Assembly (NCBI GenBank): GCA_017505785.1
Contig: JAFVOQ010000034.1
Coordinates: 14,093 to 78,092, forward strand
Reading direction: 5' to 3'
Length of the DNA stretch: 64,000 bases
Source: Clostridia bacterium
GTDB taxonomy: Bacteria > Bacillota > Clostridia > Oscillospirales > CAG-272
Shown here: positions 63,825 through 64,000 of the stretch, in pieces
Position numbering within the stretch: the stretch's first letter is position 1
How the letters are laid out: each line of letters begins with the position of its first letter
Program-made: the position numbers and the translations under genes
Notes under the pieces: model-generated
Seen by the model: only the letters and a program-made list of their open reading frames with translations
Told to the model about the DNA's origin: nothing
Database searches by the model: none

Positions 63825-64000
63825 ATGGATAAGGAAAAAGAATTGCCGAAAAGAAAACCTACAAGGCTAAAAAATTTTGATTACAGCTCCGCAGGTGCAT
63901 ATTTTGTCACAATATGTATCAAAGACAGAAAAAGGATACTTTCGGATATTATCAAACCGGTAGGGGTCGGCGCCTTCGACGACCCGTTAACACCGCAAAT
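63825..64000 (+). mobile_element. IS200/IS605-family Y1 (REP-associated tyrosine) transposase-like gene, 3' end cut by window edge
   Basis: My own translation from ATG 63825 gives MDKEKELPKRKPTRLKNFDYSSAGAYFVTICIKDRKRILS..., the RLKxFDYSxxGAYFVTICT pattern typical of RAYT-like proteins. It is preceded by TGATATAAT. Confidence 0.6.

Noticed and set aside
1-64000. A search for tRNA, rRNA, CRISPR, integrase or prophage, and toxin-antitoxin modules.
   Set aside because: No cloverleaf-type GTTCGAATC T-arms, rRNA-like conserved blocks, short regularly spaced repeats, integrase or recombinase ORFs, or small paired TA-like ORFs were seen by eye. A tRNAscan-SE/Infernal run would be needed to exclude small RNAs formally.

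Overview
This 64-kb window is chromosomal DNA from a Firmicutes/Clostridia-type anaerobe. That assignment is an inference from gene content: SpoVT, anaerobic NrdDG with NrdR boxes, an IspH-S1 fusion, three T-box leaders, and sigma-A TTGACA/TATAAT promoters. By eye, coding regions are moderately GC-rich and spacers are AT-rich. The window opens inside the origin-proximal yidC-jag-mnmE cluster. The rest is mostly housekeeping: ruvX, cca, argGH, azlCD, a heterodimeric ABC exporter, cysES, nagB-nahK, prfC, nrdDG, serCA, prfB, tyrS, cmk-plsC-ispH/rpsA, thrS, gpmI, ackA and tmcAL. I found no rRNA, tRNA, CRISPR array, prophage or recognisable defence island. The only mobile-element signal is a truncated IS200-like (RAYT-type) transposase at the right edge. 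The signals most worth follow-up are non-coding. (1) A tandemly duplicated ~150-nt structured element lies directly upstream of a GntP-family permease (40.28-40.59 kb). It has near-identical 87-nt cores, co-varying stems and mutually exclusive pairings, and I cannot assign it to any known riboswitch class. (2) A ~260-nt GC-rich structured leader or sRNA with a terminator-like hairpin sits in front of an SPFH / zinc-ribbon / TPM-like operon that resembles B. subtilis ydjGHI without pspA. (3) A ~290-nt region in the cca/DUF378 spacer is bounded by inverted repeats and has three-way alternative pairing. Secondary oddities are a methylglyoxal-synthase-like protein with all three catalytic residues replaced, a fused Wzz/BY-kinase in a three-gene polysaccharide module with no glycosyltransferases, paralogous small lipoproteins bracketing an AlbA_2/Schlafen-like ATPase gene, an internally duplicated lipoprotein, a prfB without the programmed frameshift, and a possibly frameshifted small ORF. 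CDS coordinates come from the supplied ORF track with starts re-picked by RBS and homology. Positions of regulatory motifs were read by eye and may be off by 1-2 nt.
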